DNA of 63,958 nt, counting the filler, from Lama guanicoe (lineage: Eukaryota): NCBI GenBank assembly GCA_013239625.1. It is 143 parts of 143 records of this genome, joined end to end, with 100 filler letters (N's around TTAATTAATTAA, not from the genome) between each part and the next. Parts side by side here need not be neighbours in the genome. Positions count along the whole stretch, not along the records: positions 36,245 to 36,592 come from PNXV01057489.1; positions 36,693 to 37,040 come from PNXV01057490.1; positions 37,141 to 37,488 come from PNXV01057491.1; positions 37,589 to 37,936 come from PNXV01057492.1; positions 38,037 to 38,384 come from PNXV01057493.1; positions 38,485 to 38,832 come from PNXV01057494.1; positions 38,933 to 39,280 come from PNXV01057495.1; positions 39,381 to 39,728 come from PNXV01057496.1; 135 more parts are not named here. The stretch is one strand, 5' to 3'. Made by a program: the position numbers and the translations under genes. Of the stretch, positions 36,288 through 48,244 are shown in pieces. Every line of letters begins with the position of its first letter. Within the stretch, counting starts at the first letter, position 1. The notes under the pieces are model-generated. The model did no database searches. It had not been told where the DNA came from and saw nothing but the letters and a program-made list of their open reading frames with translations.

Positions 36288-39200
36288 GTGAGTGTCCTGG
36301 TGAGGCCCCTCCTTCTTGGCACAGAGGAGGGGCTGAGGTCTGCCCCAGGAGCTGTGGCTCTTCTCCCATATGGCCGCATGGTGGTCTAGCGAGTTCGAGG
36401 CCTCGCTCAGCTCCTGGGCCTTGGCTGTGGGCAGGTGTTTGTGCTGGGGCCTCAGTTGGCCATTTCCTGCTCAGCCCTGGCCGGCCGTCTCACCTGCTGG
36501 TCTGGGGAGCCCATGAGGGCCCAGGGCAGCTGCTCTGCCTAGGGCCTCAGCTGGGGGCTGGGGACTCGGGGGCAGGGCTGCTGTCTCTCTCCNNNNNNNN
36601 NNNNNNNNNNNNNNNNNNNNNNNNNNNNNNNNNNNNTTAATTAATTAANNNNNNNNNNNNNNNNNNNNNNNNNNNNNNNNNNNNNNNNNNNNAAAAAAAA
36701 ACCTGTTAGAAACATCATTGCATTTGTGAAATATTCCAGGTCAATTTTAAAGACCATGTTAATTGGTTTTATTTTGCTGAAGACCGATTTGTTTTGTTAT
36801 AGTGAGGTAAATATACTTTGAAATACTCCTCAAAGAAAACTCAGTTGCTAATATAATTCATGTTTTGTAACTATTAATAACTTTAGAAATCATCAATTAT
36901 TGAACTCAAAAAAATTAAAGAAACAAAGAAACAAATAAAAAGGAATGCAGGAGGAGTTTAACCATGCAATGGCCAATGGCCAGATGGAGAGTCCTGCAGG
37001 CCCACTCCCCAGCAAAATAGCTGCTAAGTGGTGAAAAAAANNNNNNNNNNNNNNNNNNNNNNNNNNNNNNNNNNNNNNNNNNNNTTAATTAATTAANNNN
37101 NNNNNNNNNNNNNNNNNNNNNNNNNNNNNNNNNNNNNNNNTGAAAGCACGTTAAGAAATTAGTATTTGGTTATTTTGGTGTGCAGATGTGTAAATGCAGC
37201 TCCTTTTGATTCAAACACTTTTGAAAACTTAAAATGCACTTTTGATCTCTAGGTTATTTTCCAGCTTTGAGAGAGTGGGGTTTGCTTTTTTTTTAATGAG
37301 AATTTTCTTTGGAAATAACAGCGTGTTTTACTTCTCAGCCGTCATCCGTCAGCTGTGCATGGCTTCCCAGGGCACTGGTGTGTTCTCTGTTTTGTTTTTC
37401 TTTCATGGAAGAGATAAATGTTCTCCGGCAGACCATTATTTATCCTTTATATCTTTCTAGAGATGAGCAAAGTTCAGAGATTATATAANNNNNNNNNNNN
37501 NNNNNNNNNNNNNNNNNNNNNNNNNNNNNNNNTTAATTAATTAANNNNNNNNNNNNNNNNNNNNNNNNNNNNNNNNNNNNNNNNNNNNCCCCCCCCGCTG
37601 GCAGGCCCCCGGCTTTGCCACAGCCGCGCCCCCGCGCTGCCCTCTGCTTGCTCTCACTGCTGACATTGTGCCTCTGACAGAGTTGCCGCCTGTGTCTCCT
37701 CCAGCGGTGACAAGCTCATGGCAGGAGGCTGCGCCTGCCCAGTTTCCTGCTCTTTCCCCAGCAGGGGACAGAAGGATGTACAGCAGACGCTCAGTATATG
37801 TTTGCCAGGCCAGCAAATCAGTCTTTGTCAATGAAAAACCACCAAGCTACTACATACTTTGTATGGATATGCAGACCTATGTGAACTCTTTTTTATCTGG
37901 AGTAAGTCACAAACACCTAACAGTGCTGATACCTGGNNNNNNNNNNNNNNNNNNNNNNNNNNNNNNNNNNNNNNNNNNNNTTAATTAATTAANNNNNNNN
38001 NNNNNNNNNNNNNNNNNNNNNNNNNNNNNNNNNNNNTCCCAACCTGGTCTCCCCAGTTTATCTGTAACCTGGGGGTTTATCATGCTCCACTGTGGGACGT
38101 GGAGGTACTGACTGCCCCAGGAAACTGGAAGTAGCTTGGAGTCAGCTCTACGTGAGTATCAAGTACCTGAACTAGAAAATCAGAAGCTGTGACAGGAACC
38201 CTAGAAATTAGCAGTGGATGCAGGTGAATCATCAAAGACTAGATGATGATCCACAAAGACCAAGTTGATGGGAATAGCTCAGTAGGGAACCAGCAAATTT
38301 CAAAGGAGAGTGAGCAACAACATGGGTGTGTGTTACATTCAGCTGCCACCCAGAGAGAAAGGAAGAAGGAGAGAGGGAGAAATANNNNNNNNNNNNNNNN
38401 NNNNNNNNNNNNNNNNNNNNNNNNNNNNTTAATTAATTAANNNNNNNNNNNNNNNNNNNNNNNNNNNNNNNNNNNNNNNNNNNNCACACACACACACAAA
38501 ATATATCAGTTTACACATCACCTTCAATTATATTAACAAAGGCAATTATTTCAACTAACTTTTGAACACATGTGAAATGATCGTGAAACCCAACAGTAGC
38601 CAGTGCCCATTACCGAAAGTTTCGTTTGACATTTGAAGAGAGTGATGAGACTATAGAAGCCGCTGGCTCATTACAGTCATTTTAAATCTCTTTCCAATTC
38701 CATGTTTTCTGTGCTTATCTAGTCTCTATGATGGATAGAACTTCTAATGAAAATAATGTGGTTCAAAGCCTGAGATTGACTTATCATCACAGAATCTTCC
38801 ACTGATGAGCTTTCCAAGGAAAAAAGAATCTGNNNNNNNNNNNNNNNNNNNNNNNNNNNNNNNNNNNNNNNNNNNNTTAATTAATTAANNNNNNNNNNNN
38901 NNNNNNNNNNNNNNNNNNNNNNNNNNNNNNNNACAAACCACATGCTCTGTTATCCCCTCCCATGGCTAAGACCACACTGTGCAAACCAGAAGGCCCTAGC
39001 CCTCAGAACCAAAAGCAAATTCTTCCCTGAGGTTTTCTTAAGTTTAAATCCTTAGGTAATCTCCTTTCAAGTTACCTTCTCTATCTTAATAACATAGATC
39101 CAAAAATAAATCCCTCATATATTCACTCATTCAAAACACAACAAAACAAAAAATATTAAGTGACTAAATACCTCAAGGAACTGTTAGATACTTTTAATTA

Positions 39201-39949
39201 CAACTATACCGAAAACTACTTACAGTTTCCAGTTTAACACATAACACGTTGATTTGCAAGACAAAGCAAGAAGACCTTTGNNNNNNNNNNNNNNNNNNNN
39301 NNNNNNNNNNNNNNNNNNNNNNNNTTAATTAATTAANNNNNNNNNNNNNNNNNNNNNNNNNNNNNNNNNNNNNNNNNNNNTTCCTGATTTTGTTGTCTTA
39401 GTATTTATACATATATGATCACTTGTCATAGAAGTGGGAGGGATTTTAAAGACTTGTTGGCTCAGTCATCCAAGTACTGCTTAAGTCCCATTATCACCAT
39501 CTTTTATATTGAACATATTATGGGCTTCAGGTTTTACACAAGTAGCAGATAAGATGAGGAGAGATGCATAGTTTTATTCTGGAGATGGTAAGTTTGAGGA
39601 TTTCCTTGTGAAGCCCAGTAGGCCATTTGAAAGACAAGTCCAGGGCTCAAGATAAGCTATAACTAGACATGTGTGTTTCAGAGCCAGTCAGATAGAAGCA
39701 GGTGTTCAAGGAGTTAGAGTAGTTGACANNNNNNNNNNNNNNNNNNNNNNNNNNNNNNNNNNNNNNNNNNNNTTAATTAATTAANNNNNNNNNNNNNNNN
39801 NNNNNNNNNNNNNNNNNNNNNNNNNNNNTCTTTTGCCGCCTCCACGCGCTTTGCTCGCTGCGGTGCAAGCCTGGACGCGTTCCTCGCTGGTTCTCACGAA
39901 GGCACGAAGCCTTTTTCTCTCTAGGTTGGTGACTATCCATTGTGAGTCC

Positions 39950-40176
39950 AGAGCAACAGCGACTTCACTTGGGAACTTAGTAGAAATGCAAATCCTGGGG
40001 CTCCGCCCAGCCCTACCGAGGCCGGATCCAACAATCTGGGCGTTACCGTCCAACCTCACACTCTGGCCTTTGTGGCTTGGCCAATTCTTCGTTGTGGGGC
40101 CCAGTCCCGTGTATTGAAGGTTAAGATTCAGATGAAATGTAGGCCGCCCAGTTAAATTTGAATTTCAGATAAAGGT
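39950..40176. mobile_element. Abutting hAT-Charlie MITE fragments (MER5A-like, MER20-like, MER33-like)
   Basis: gggaacttagtagaaatgcaaatcctggggctccgcccag (MER5A); aattcttcgttgtggggcccagtcccgtgtattg (MER20); gcccagttaaatttgaatttcagataaa (MER33). Confidence 0.65.
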
Positions 40177-41621
40177 NNNNNNNNNNNNNNNNNNNNNNNN
40201 NNNNNNNNNNNNNNNNNNNNTTAATTAATTAANNNNNNNNNNNNNNNNNNNNNNNNNNNNNNNNNNNNNNNNNNNNCCTGACGATCCTGAATCCTCCCAC
40301 ACCGGGATGAGCCTCTGTCCTCTCATCTCTAGAATGGGATATGTGACAGCAGTCTCAGGGGTGAGGTAGTTCATCAGGGAGGTGCTGTCACCGCTGTGCT
40401 GACACAATGATCTGAGACACTAATGTATCTAATCATCACCCTCCGCCCTTGTACTGGTGATGCCAAGAACCCTGAATCTGCTCAGGGCTCCCCTCTTCCA
40501 CCTCTGGCACAAGATCTTGAGGCTTGAGCATTTGGTCTCAGCTCCAGCCCAACCCCCTTGGGGTCCTCGGTGCTGCCTCTGACTCATCTCTCTCCTTCTT
40601 CCACCCCAGAGGGGAGATGGACCANNNNNNNNNNNNNNNNNNNNNNNNNNNNNNNNNNNNNNNNNNNNTTAATTAATTAANNNNNNNNNNNNNNNNNNNN
40701 NNNNNNNNNNNNNNNNNNNNNNNNGGGACACTATGAATAATTCTACCTAGTTAGCAAGTATAATCAGGTCTGTTCTAGACAAACTGGGGTGTGTGGTTAC
40801 CTTTCCTAACAAGCGGGATCAAATAAAATGACCTGTGCCAGGGGGCCAGTGGTTGTATGGATTCAGGGTATTGTGAACCCTTTTACTGCAGATGCGCTTT
40901 TGATGAAGAGATGTGGAAATAGTCAGGCTACTTCCAATGTACAAAAGGAGAAATGAGGCTGTGGCAGTAACTCATCACCCAGATTCATACCAAGAGGAGG
41001 CTGGGAGACTAGAAATTTGCAGGACTGCTGATTAATAGATTCACGAGAGCTTTAGTGGCCGGCTAATTACTANNNNNNNNNNNNNNNNNNNNNNNNNNNN
41101 NNNNNNNNNNNNNNNNTTAATTAATTAANNNNNNNNNNNNNNNNNNNNNNNNNNNNNNNNNNNNNNNNNNNNAATCTCTCTGTGATGAAATAGATCCCTA
41201 AGCTACCGTTGTTTTAAAGGCATGATTGAATTGTGTCATCATACATGAGGAGAACTTCACTGAGCAGGTCTTCTAAAACTAGGCTTTGGGCATGGGTACA
41301 TTGGATCAGAAGGGTACGTGGTGCAGGCTCGGGGTGACGCTGGTGTGAGTATCATGATGCAGGCAAGAGGAGTGGTGCAGGTGACAGGAGAGAGAAGAGA
41401 ATGAGCACACTACACGAGAAAGGTAACAGTAAAAAGAGGCATTATTTGAATAACACAGAAGAATTGGTGTGCGTGTGTGTGTGTTGCTGAGGAGTATGGA
41501 GCAAGGAGTAAGCTTGGATTANNNNNNNNNNNNNNNNNNNNNNNNNNNNNNNNNNNNNNNNNNNNTTAATTAATTAANNNNNNNNNNNNNNNNNNNNNNN
41601 NNNNNNNNNNNNNNNNNNNNN

Positions 41622-41967
41622 ACAAGCTCCAACTCGGTTTTACAGTAAAAACTGCAGGAACTTCAATCCGACACTAGGAAACACACTGAGAAACCAGATT
41701 AAGAGTTTCCCTGCCTCCCGTTCCTTTTGTGTTAGATGAACGAACGTCTCTCCACATGCTCAATTCTGAGAGTTAAATGTGTGTGAAATCCGTCTTTCAA
41801 CAAGATTGTTGGGAACACAAATTTTCTCTTTAGTTGCAAATGCAACTCCACATGCATATTTGGGATGGTACAAGCTCCAATCGTTTTACAGTGAAAACTG
41901 AAGTAACTTCAAACCGGAACTAGGAAACACACTGAGAAACCAGAGTAATTGTTTCTCCTGCAACCCG
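41622..41967. repeat. Tandem repeat / satellite, ~248-bp unit (1.4 copies)
   Basis: acaagctccaa...ttttacagt.aaaactg...aacttcaa...actaggaaacacactgagaaaccaga occurs at 41622 and again at 41870. Confidence 0.85.
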
Positions 41968-42067
41968 NNNNNNNNNNNNNNNNNNNNNNNNNNNNNNNNN
42001 NNNNNNNNNNNTTAATTAATTAANNNNNNNNNNNNNNNNNNNNNNNNNNNNNNNNNNNNNNNNNNNN

Positions 42068-42414
42068 ATTTTGTACATGGTTATAGAGTTGCCTCAGCAC
42101 CATTTATTGAAAAGCTATTTCTCCTTACTGGATTATCTTGGCACTCTTTTTGAAAATCTGTTGACCATAAATGTAAGGGCTTACTATCCTCAACTGTCAC
42201 CTGTTGGTCTAAAATACCTATCCTTTAAAAGAATAATGTTTTGATTACTGTAGATTTGTAATAAGATTTTGAAGTCAAGAAGTGGGAGTAATCCAGTGAA
42301 TACATACTACTGCCCAGTAGGCACATGAAAACATACTAAGTATCACAAAATATCAGAGAAATGCAAATCAAAACGATGAGGTATCACCTCACACCAGTCA
42401 GAATGGCCATCAAT
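42068..42414. mobile_element. Two LINE-1 ORF2 fragments in opposite orientation (old minus piece to ~42290; plus piece ~42320-42414)
   Basis: cagcaccatttattgaaaag...ttgattactgtag; then ggcacatgaaaa...agagaaatgcaaatcaaaacgatgaggtatcacctcacaccagtcagaatggcc. Confidence 0.85.
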
Positions 42415-43412
42415 NNNNNNNNNNNNNNNNNNNNNNNNNNNNNNNNNNNNNNNNNNNNTTAATTAATTAANNNNNNNNNNNNNNNNNNNNNNNNNNNNNN
42501 NNNNNNNNNNNNNNACAATATTTTTGTACCACAGGACTCAGCCTGAACTGAACAGCCTGAAAGAAAAGGATCATCTCTCAATTCTGATGATTCTGTTGGA
42601 ACTTCAAAGGCAGTTAAACATGAGAAGTTAACAGTCACTCCTCATAGATGACCCAAGAGGAAGGAATATTCCGGACAACAACAAAAAAGGGGACACTTAA
42701 GGGATGAAACCACACAGTGCACGGCCTTCCACCATTGCTGTGTAAAGAAGCCCTATAGAAACAGAGAACAAGCAACTGCAGGAGTGCTCTCATCAGACAC
42801 CATCATGCAGGCTCCCGAGTGACATTAATGTACGGCACAGAATTTGGAATAAAAGGAAAAAAANNNNNNNNNNNNNNNNNNNNNNNNNNNNNNNNNNNNN
42901 NNNNNNNTTAATTAATTAANNNNNNNNNNNNNNNNNNNNNNNNNNNNNNNNNNNNNNNNNNNNAAAATACACAACTTTATAAAATTGTAGGTACATACCT
43001 TTTGTGTAATGAATTTTCATTTAACTCATTTTCAGGAAGAACTCAACTAAGTGCTGAAGCCAGGGGTTCCAACCCTTATTCTGTCGCTGTGTGTGGCTAT
43101 GATGTCAAACAAGACACTCCAGCGTCCTGGGCTTCACGCCGCTCCCATACAGAGGACTCGATGCTGCTGACACGCTCACACGCACATTTATACACATCAC
43201 CGTAGTGTGCATGCTTGCCATTTTTAATGGCTGTGTTCTAAGGGGGTAATCATTAGAGTGACATACAGAGCCATGAGGAAAATGACAGAGACAGAGGACT
43301 GGAGTACAATTANNNNNNNNNNNNNNNNNNNNNNNNNNNNNNNNNNNNNNNNNNNNTTAATTAATTAANNNNNNNNNNNNNNNNNNNNNNNNNNNNNNNN
43401 NNNNNNNNNNNN

Positions 43413-43760
43413 AAAAAAAAATTGAGGAGAAGGAACACTTCCAGACTCATTCTATGAGGCCATCATCACCCTGATAGCAAAGCCAGACAAAGATATCACA
43501 AAGGAAGAAATCTATGGGCCAATAACACTTATGAATATATGAGGCAAAAATCCTTAACAAAATACTAGCAAATCGACTCCAACAATGCATTAAAAGGGTC
43601 ATATACCATGATCAAGTGGTATTTACCCCAGGGATACACGGATTTTTCCATATCCACAAATCAATCAATGTGACACACCACAGTAACAACTCGAAGAATA
43701 AAAACCACATCATCATCTCAATAGATGCAGAAAAAGCTTTTGATAAAATTCAACATCCAT
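43413..43760 (+). mobile_element. LINE-1 ORF2 reverse transcriptase fragment
   Basis: actcattctatgaggccatcatcaccctgata...ccatgatcaagtgg... and [17 protein letters not shown]. Confidence 0.95.
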
Positions 43761-44504
43761 NNNNNNNNNNNNNNNNNNNNNNNNNNNNNNNNNNNNNNNN
43801 NNNNTTAATTAATTAANNNNNNNNNNNNNNNNNNNNNNNNNNNNNNNNNNNNNNNNNNNNTCTGTATTAATGTGTCCTTAAGTGCATGTTTGAAAACAAC
43901 TATGTGCTATTTAAAGTCAGAAGTAGGTTGTAAAATAAAAGAGAAACTTGGAACAATTATAAAGGATATCAGTTTCATTTGGCGGTCATCATGTAAACTA
44001 ATATATGATGCAAACTCAAATTCCTAAGTCCCAAATCAGTAAAGTGTCAAATTTCAAATATATGTTTCAAATGTAAATAATCTGATAGATGAATGATGCA
44101 TGGAATTCCGGAATATACTACTGTATTATCTCCTTTGCTTTACTGAGGGTGAAATAAAAGCAGACAAACCTGAGAACAGAAAGAAACATAGACATTCAGA
44201 AGTAGGAATNNNNNNNNNNNNNNNNNNNNNNNNNNNNNNNNNNNNNNNNNNNNTTAATTAATTAANNNNNNNNNNNNNNNNNNNNNNNNNNNNNNNNNNN
44301 NNNNNNNNNATTAGTCAAAGACGTTGAAAGAATAGTGCAGTTTCATTGATTTTTGAAAGTAGGTAGAGAAGACACATGAAGAAGAAAGTTTTTTAGGAAT
44401 TTGCATAGTCAAGGAGGAGATGGGCACTTGGAGTAACTGATTATGTTTACTTAATCTAAATTCTTTTCTAATATTAGAAAAAAGAGTAACTTTATCTAAA
44501 TTCT

Positions 44505-44658
44505 TTTCTAATATACAAATAGCTCATACTGCTTAATATTAAAAAACCAAACAATCCCATCAAAAACTGAGCTGAAGATCTAAATAGACATTACTCCAAA
44601 GAAGACAGCCAGATGGCCAACAGGCACATGAAAAGATACTCAATATCACTAATTATTA
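44505..44658 (+). mobile_element. LINE-1 ORF2 fragment
   Basis: aacaatcccatcaaaaactgagctgaagatctaaatagacattactccaaagaagac...atggccaacaggcacatgaaaagat. Confidence 0.88.
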
Positions 44659-44758
44659 NNNNNNNNNNNNNNNNNNNNNNNNNNNNNNNNNNNNNNNNNN
44701 NNTTAATTAATTAANNNNNNNNNNNNNNNNNNNNNNNNNNNNNNNNNNNNNNNNNNNN

Positions 44759-44810
44759 AAAAAAAATACATAAATAAACCTAAATTACCTCCCCTCTAAA
44801 AAAACTTTTA
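44759..44810 (+). mobile_element. Vic-1-like SINE 3' tail
   Basis: aaatacataaataaaacctaaattacctcccctctaaaaaaa is the reverse complement of the tail type seen at 46825-46860. Confidence 0.55.
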
Positions 44811-45656
44811 AAAAAGAAATCAGCCAGAATCTGATCACTTCTCTTCCCTTCCGCCACAACACCCTGGTCCAGGCCAGTCTTTCTTTTCACTCAGAATCTT
44901 GAACTGACCTCCTCCGTGGTCTCTGGTCTCCTGCTCCCACTCTCGCCCTGTATGACCCGCTCCCCACAGAACATTCCTATGTCTCTTCCTAGCAGTAAGC
45001 CAGTTCAAGTCGCTTCGTCTCCCCAAGCCCCCACACGGCGGCCATCCTGAAGGAAGCAGGGAGCCAGGGAACCGGGACCTGTTGCCTAGAGACTTCTTCA
45101 AAGGTTTNNNNNNNNNNNNNNNNNNNNNNNNNNNNNNNNNNNNNNNNNNNNTTAATTAATTAANNNNNNNNNNNNNNNNNNNNNNNNNNNNNNNNNNNNN
45201 NNNNNNNCTCCCTACAACATCCATTTCACTATTTCCACTTCCCCACCACAGTGGCCGTCCAGCACTGTTCATCCTACAGTGCATCACCCTGCAAGCGTAT
45301 TGACAGCCTTCCCATGGTCCTTGCTCTGCCTTCTTACGCTTTAAGGTCACAGTTATTATTGATCAATTTTGTTTTATAACAAAAGAAATACATGTTCCTT
45401 GGGGGAGAAACCAAGCATTGTAGAATTGCACAGAGCAAAATGTAAAAATACCCCTCACCTCCCACTCCTGCTTTCACTCTCCACAGGTAGCCAATATAAG
45501 CAATTGTGTGTGTATCTTTCCAGTCTTTTTGTTTTGCATATTTGTGTGTGTGTGTGNNNNNNNNNNNNNNNNNNNNNNNNNNNNNNNNNNNNNNNNNNNN
45601 TTAATTAATTAANNNNNNNNNNNNNNNNNNNNNNNNNNNNNNNNNNNNNNNNNNNN

Positions 45657-46004
45657 TATGGTACTGGTATAAAAACAGACACATAGATCAATGGAACAGA
45701 ATAGAGACCCTAGAAATAAACCCACCCACTTATGGTCAATTAATCTACAACAAAGAAGGTGAGAACATATAAAACGGAGAAAATTTCTTTAGAAAATGGT
45801 GCTGGGAAAACTGGATAACTACATGCAAAAGAATGAAATTAGAACTTTTTTTCACATCATGTTCAAAGATAAACTCAAAGCCCTAAATGTAAGATTAAAG
45901 ATCAAAATGTAAGACCTGAAACCATAAAACTCCCAGAAGAGAACATAGGTAGAATACTCTTTGACATAAATTGTAGCAATATTTTTTTGGATCCATCTCC
46001 TAAG
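45657..46004 (+). mobile_element. LINE-1 ORF2 fragment
   Basis: tatggtactggtataaaaacagacacatagatcaatggaacagaatagag...ggtgctgggaaaactggata. Confidence 0.93.
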
Positions 46005-46553
46005 NNNNNNNNNNNNNNNNNNNNNNNNNNNNNNNNNNNNNNNNNNNNTTAATTAATTAANNNNNNNNNNNNNNNNNNNNNNNNNNNNNNNNNNNNNNNN
46101 NNNNTACTAAGGTTTGCTTGAGGTTTGGCTCCCAGGCGCCATCCCATGTGACTGCTCCAATCTAGAATGACCCTCCTCTTCTTACGCACCTCTAGCCCTC
46201 ACTCCAAACTTCCCTCCTTGTTCTGTGGGGGGCAAACACCTGAAGTCCTCCAACTTACCTTGTCTGCTGGTTGAGGCTCAGCCCTGCCACCAGCTAGGGC
46301 TTCCAGCAGATGGCCACTTCCAGGTCATCTCCAGGCCACTCTCCATGCAGCATACTGTGCAGTCTGGTGCTGTCAGGCGGGACTTGAGATCTCCCATCGA
46401 AGTGGTTTAGCCATCTAGTTAGCCATCTGGTGGACTCCTACGTTTCTGTATGCNNNNNNNNNNNNNNNNNNNNNNNNNNNNNNNNNNNNNNNNNNNNTTA
46501 ATTAATTAANNNNNNNNNNNNNNNNNNNNNNNNNNNNNNNNNNNNNNNNNNNN

Positions 46554-46785
46554 TTTGCTGTGCAAAAGCTTTTAAGTTTAATTAGGTCTCATTTGTTTAT
46601 TTCATTTTTTCCCACTTAGGAGACAGGTCCAAAAAAAAAAAATACTGCTACAATTCATGTCAGAGTGTTCTGCCTATGTTCTCTTCTAGGAGTTTTAAGG
46701 TTTCAGGTCTTACATTTAGGTTTTTAAAACATTTTGAGTTTATTTTTATACATGGTGTGAGGAAATGTTCTAACCTCATTATTTC
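46554..46785 (-). mobile_element. LINE-1 ORF2 fragment
   Basis: tttgctgtgcaaaagcttttaagtttaattaggtctcatttgtttatt...tcttctaggagttttaaggtttcaggtcttacatttagg. Confidence 0.92.
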
Positions 46786-46799
46786 AGAACTTATTTTAG

Positions 46800-46898
46800 A
46801 TTTTTTTGTATAATTTTATTTATTTATAGGAGTTAATTAGGTTTATTCCTTTATTTTCTAATGGAGGTACTGGGGATTGAACCCAGGACCTTGTGCAT
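46800..46898 (-). mobile_element. Vic-1-like camelid tRNA-derived SINE (3' part)
   Basis: ggagttaattaggtttatt...aatggaggtactggggattgaacccaggaccttgtgcat; the minus strand carries the B-box GGTTCAATCCC. Confidence 0.8.
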
Positions 46899-47896
46899 NN
46901 NNNNNNNNNNNNNNNNNNNNNNNNNNNNNNNNNNNNNNNNNNTTAATTAATTAANNNNNNNNNNNNNNNNNNNNNNNNNNNNNNNNNNNNNNNNNNNNCT
47001 GCCAAAGAGAACAGGCAAAGCTGGCCCTTGGCTGGTGGGCTTTCTGGCCAGAGCTGGTTGTTTTGGCCTGAACTGCTTTCTGTGGAAAGCGCTGTGACTC
47101 CGTGGGGCCCACGCCATGAGACTCAGCCGTCTGCGGACACCTTAAGAGCTGAGACTCACCACAAACCTGTTGCCTTCCCTTGGCGACAGCTGGCCCGGCC
47201 TGGCCTCGTCTTTCTGGAGCACTAAGGCTTGAGCAGTGAGCTGGAAGAACTCCTCATTCAGCTCATCCAGGTTGTCTTCCACCTGCCGCATCTTTCTCTA
47301 GAAATAAGTGACACAGGGTCTTCATTACTTTCACTTTTATTCTAATTNNNNNNNNNNNNNNNNNNNNNNNNNNNNNNNNNNNNNNNNNNNNTTAATTAAT
47401 TAANNNNNNNNNNNNNNNNNNNNNNNNNNNNNNNNNNNNNNNNNNNNCGAGGCCGCTGCCTCAGCGGGCGCTGACTCTGTTCCTCGTGGTGCGTCTGCAC
47501 TGCCCTGTGCCTTGTCTCGATGGGCTGGTCGGTTTTGGTGGCTTTGATGGATTCATCAATTGATGTTGGTTTGGTCCACGTGCTGCTTCCTATGGCTGTT
47601 TGCTTAGTGATGTTTTTATTTATTTTTCTGTTTTTAATAAACACTTTATTCTTTTAGCTAGTAAGTAAAATGTACACACCTCTACATATAACTATTAACT
47701 TTCTTTATTGTTGAAAGTTTGCCAGGAAAGTAATAAACTGGACGTTGTAAATACAGAACGGATAGGGTCCCACACCTTTCCCTTCACTCAGGCCGGNNNN
47801 NNNNNNNNNNNNNNNNNNNNNNNNNNNNNNNNNNNNNNNNTTAATTAATTAANNNNNNNNNNNNNNNNNNNNNNNNNNNNNNNNNNNNNNNNNNNN

Positions 47897-48244
47897 AGAT
47901 GCTCAATGTCACTAATCATCAGAGAAATGCAAATCAAAACCACAAAAAGACAAGAAATAACAAGTGTTGGAAAGGATGTAGAGAAAAGGAAACCCTTGTG
48001 AACTGTTGGTGAGAATGTAAACTGATGCAATCTCGACTGAAATCACTATCGAGACTCCTTAAAAAATTAAGAATAGAACTGCAATATGATCCAGTGATTC
48101 CACTTCCGGGTATTTATCCAAAGAAAACAAAAACACTGATTTGAAAAGATATATACACCATCGTGCTCACTGCAACATCATTTACAATAGCCAAGATATG
48201 AAAATAATCTGTGTCCATCAATGAATGAATGAATAAAGAGGTAG
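47897..48244 (+). mobile_element. LINE-1 ORF2 C-terminal fragment
   Basis: agagaaatgcaaatcaaaaccac...ggagaatgtaaactg...atatgatccagtgattccacttccgggtatttatcc. Confidence 0.92.
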
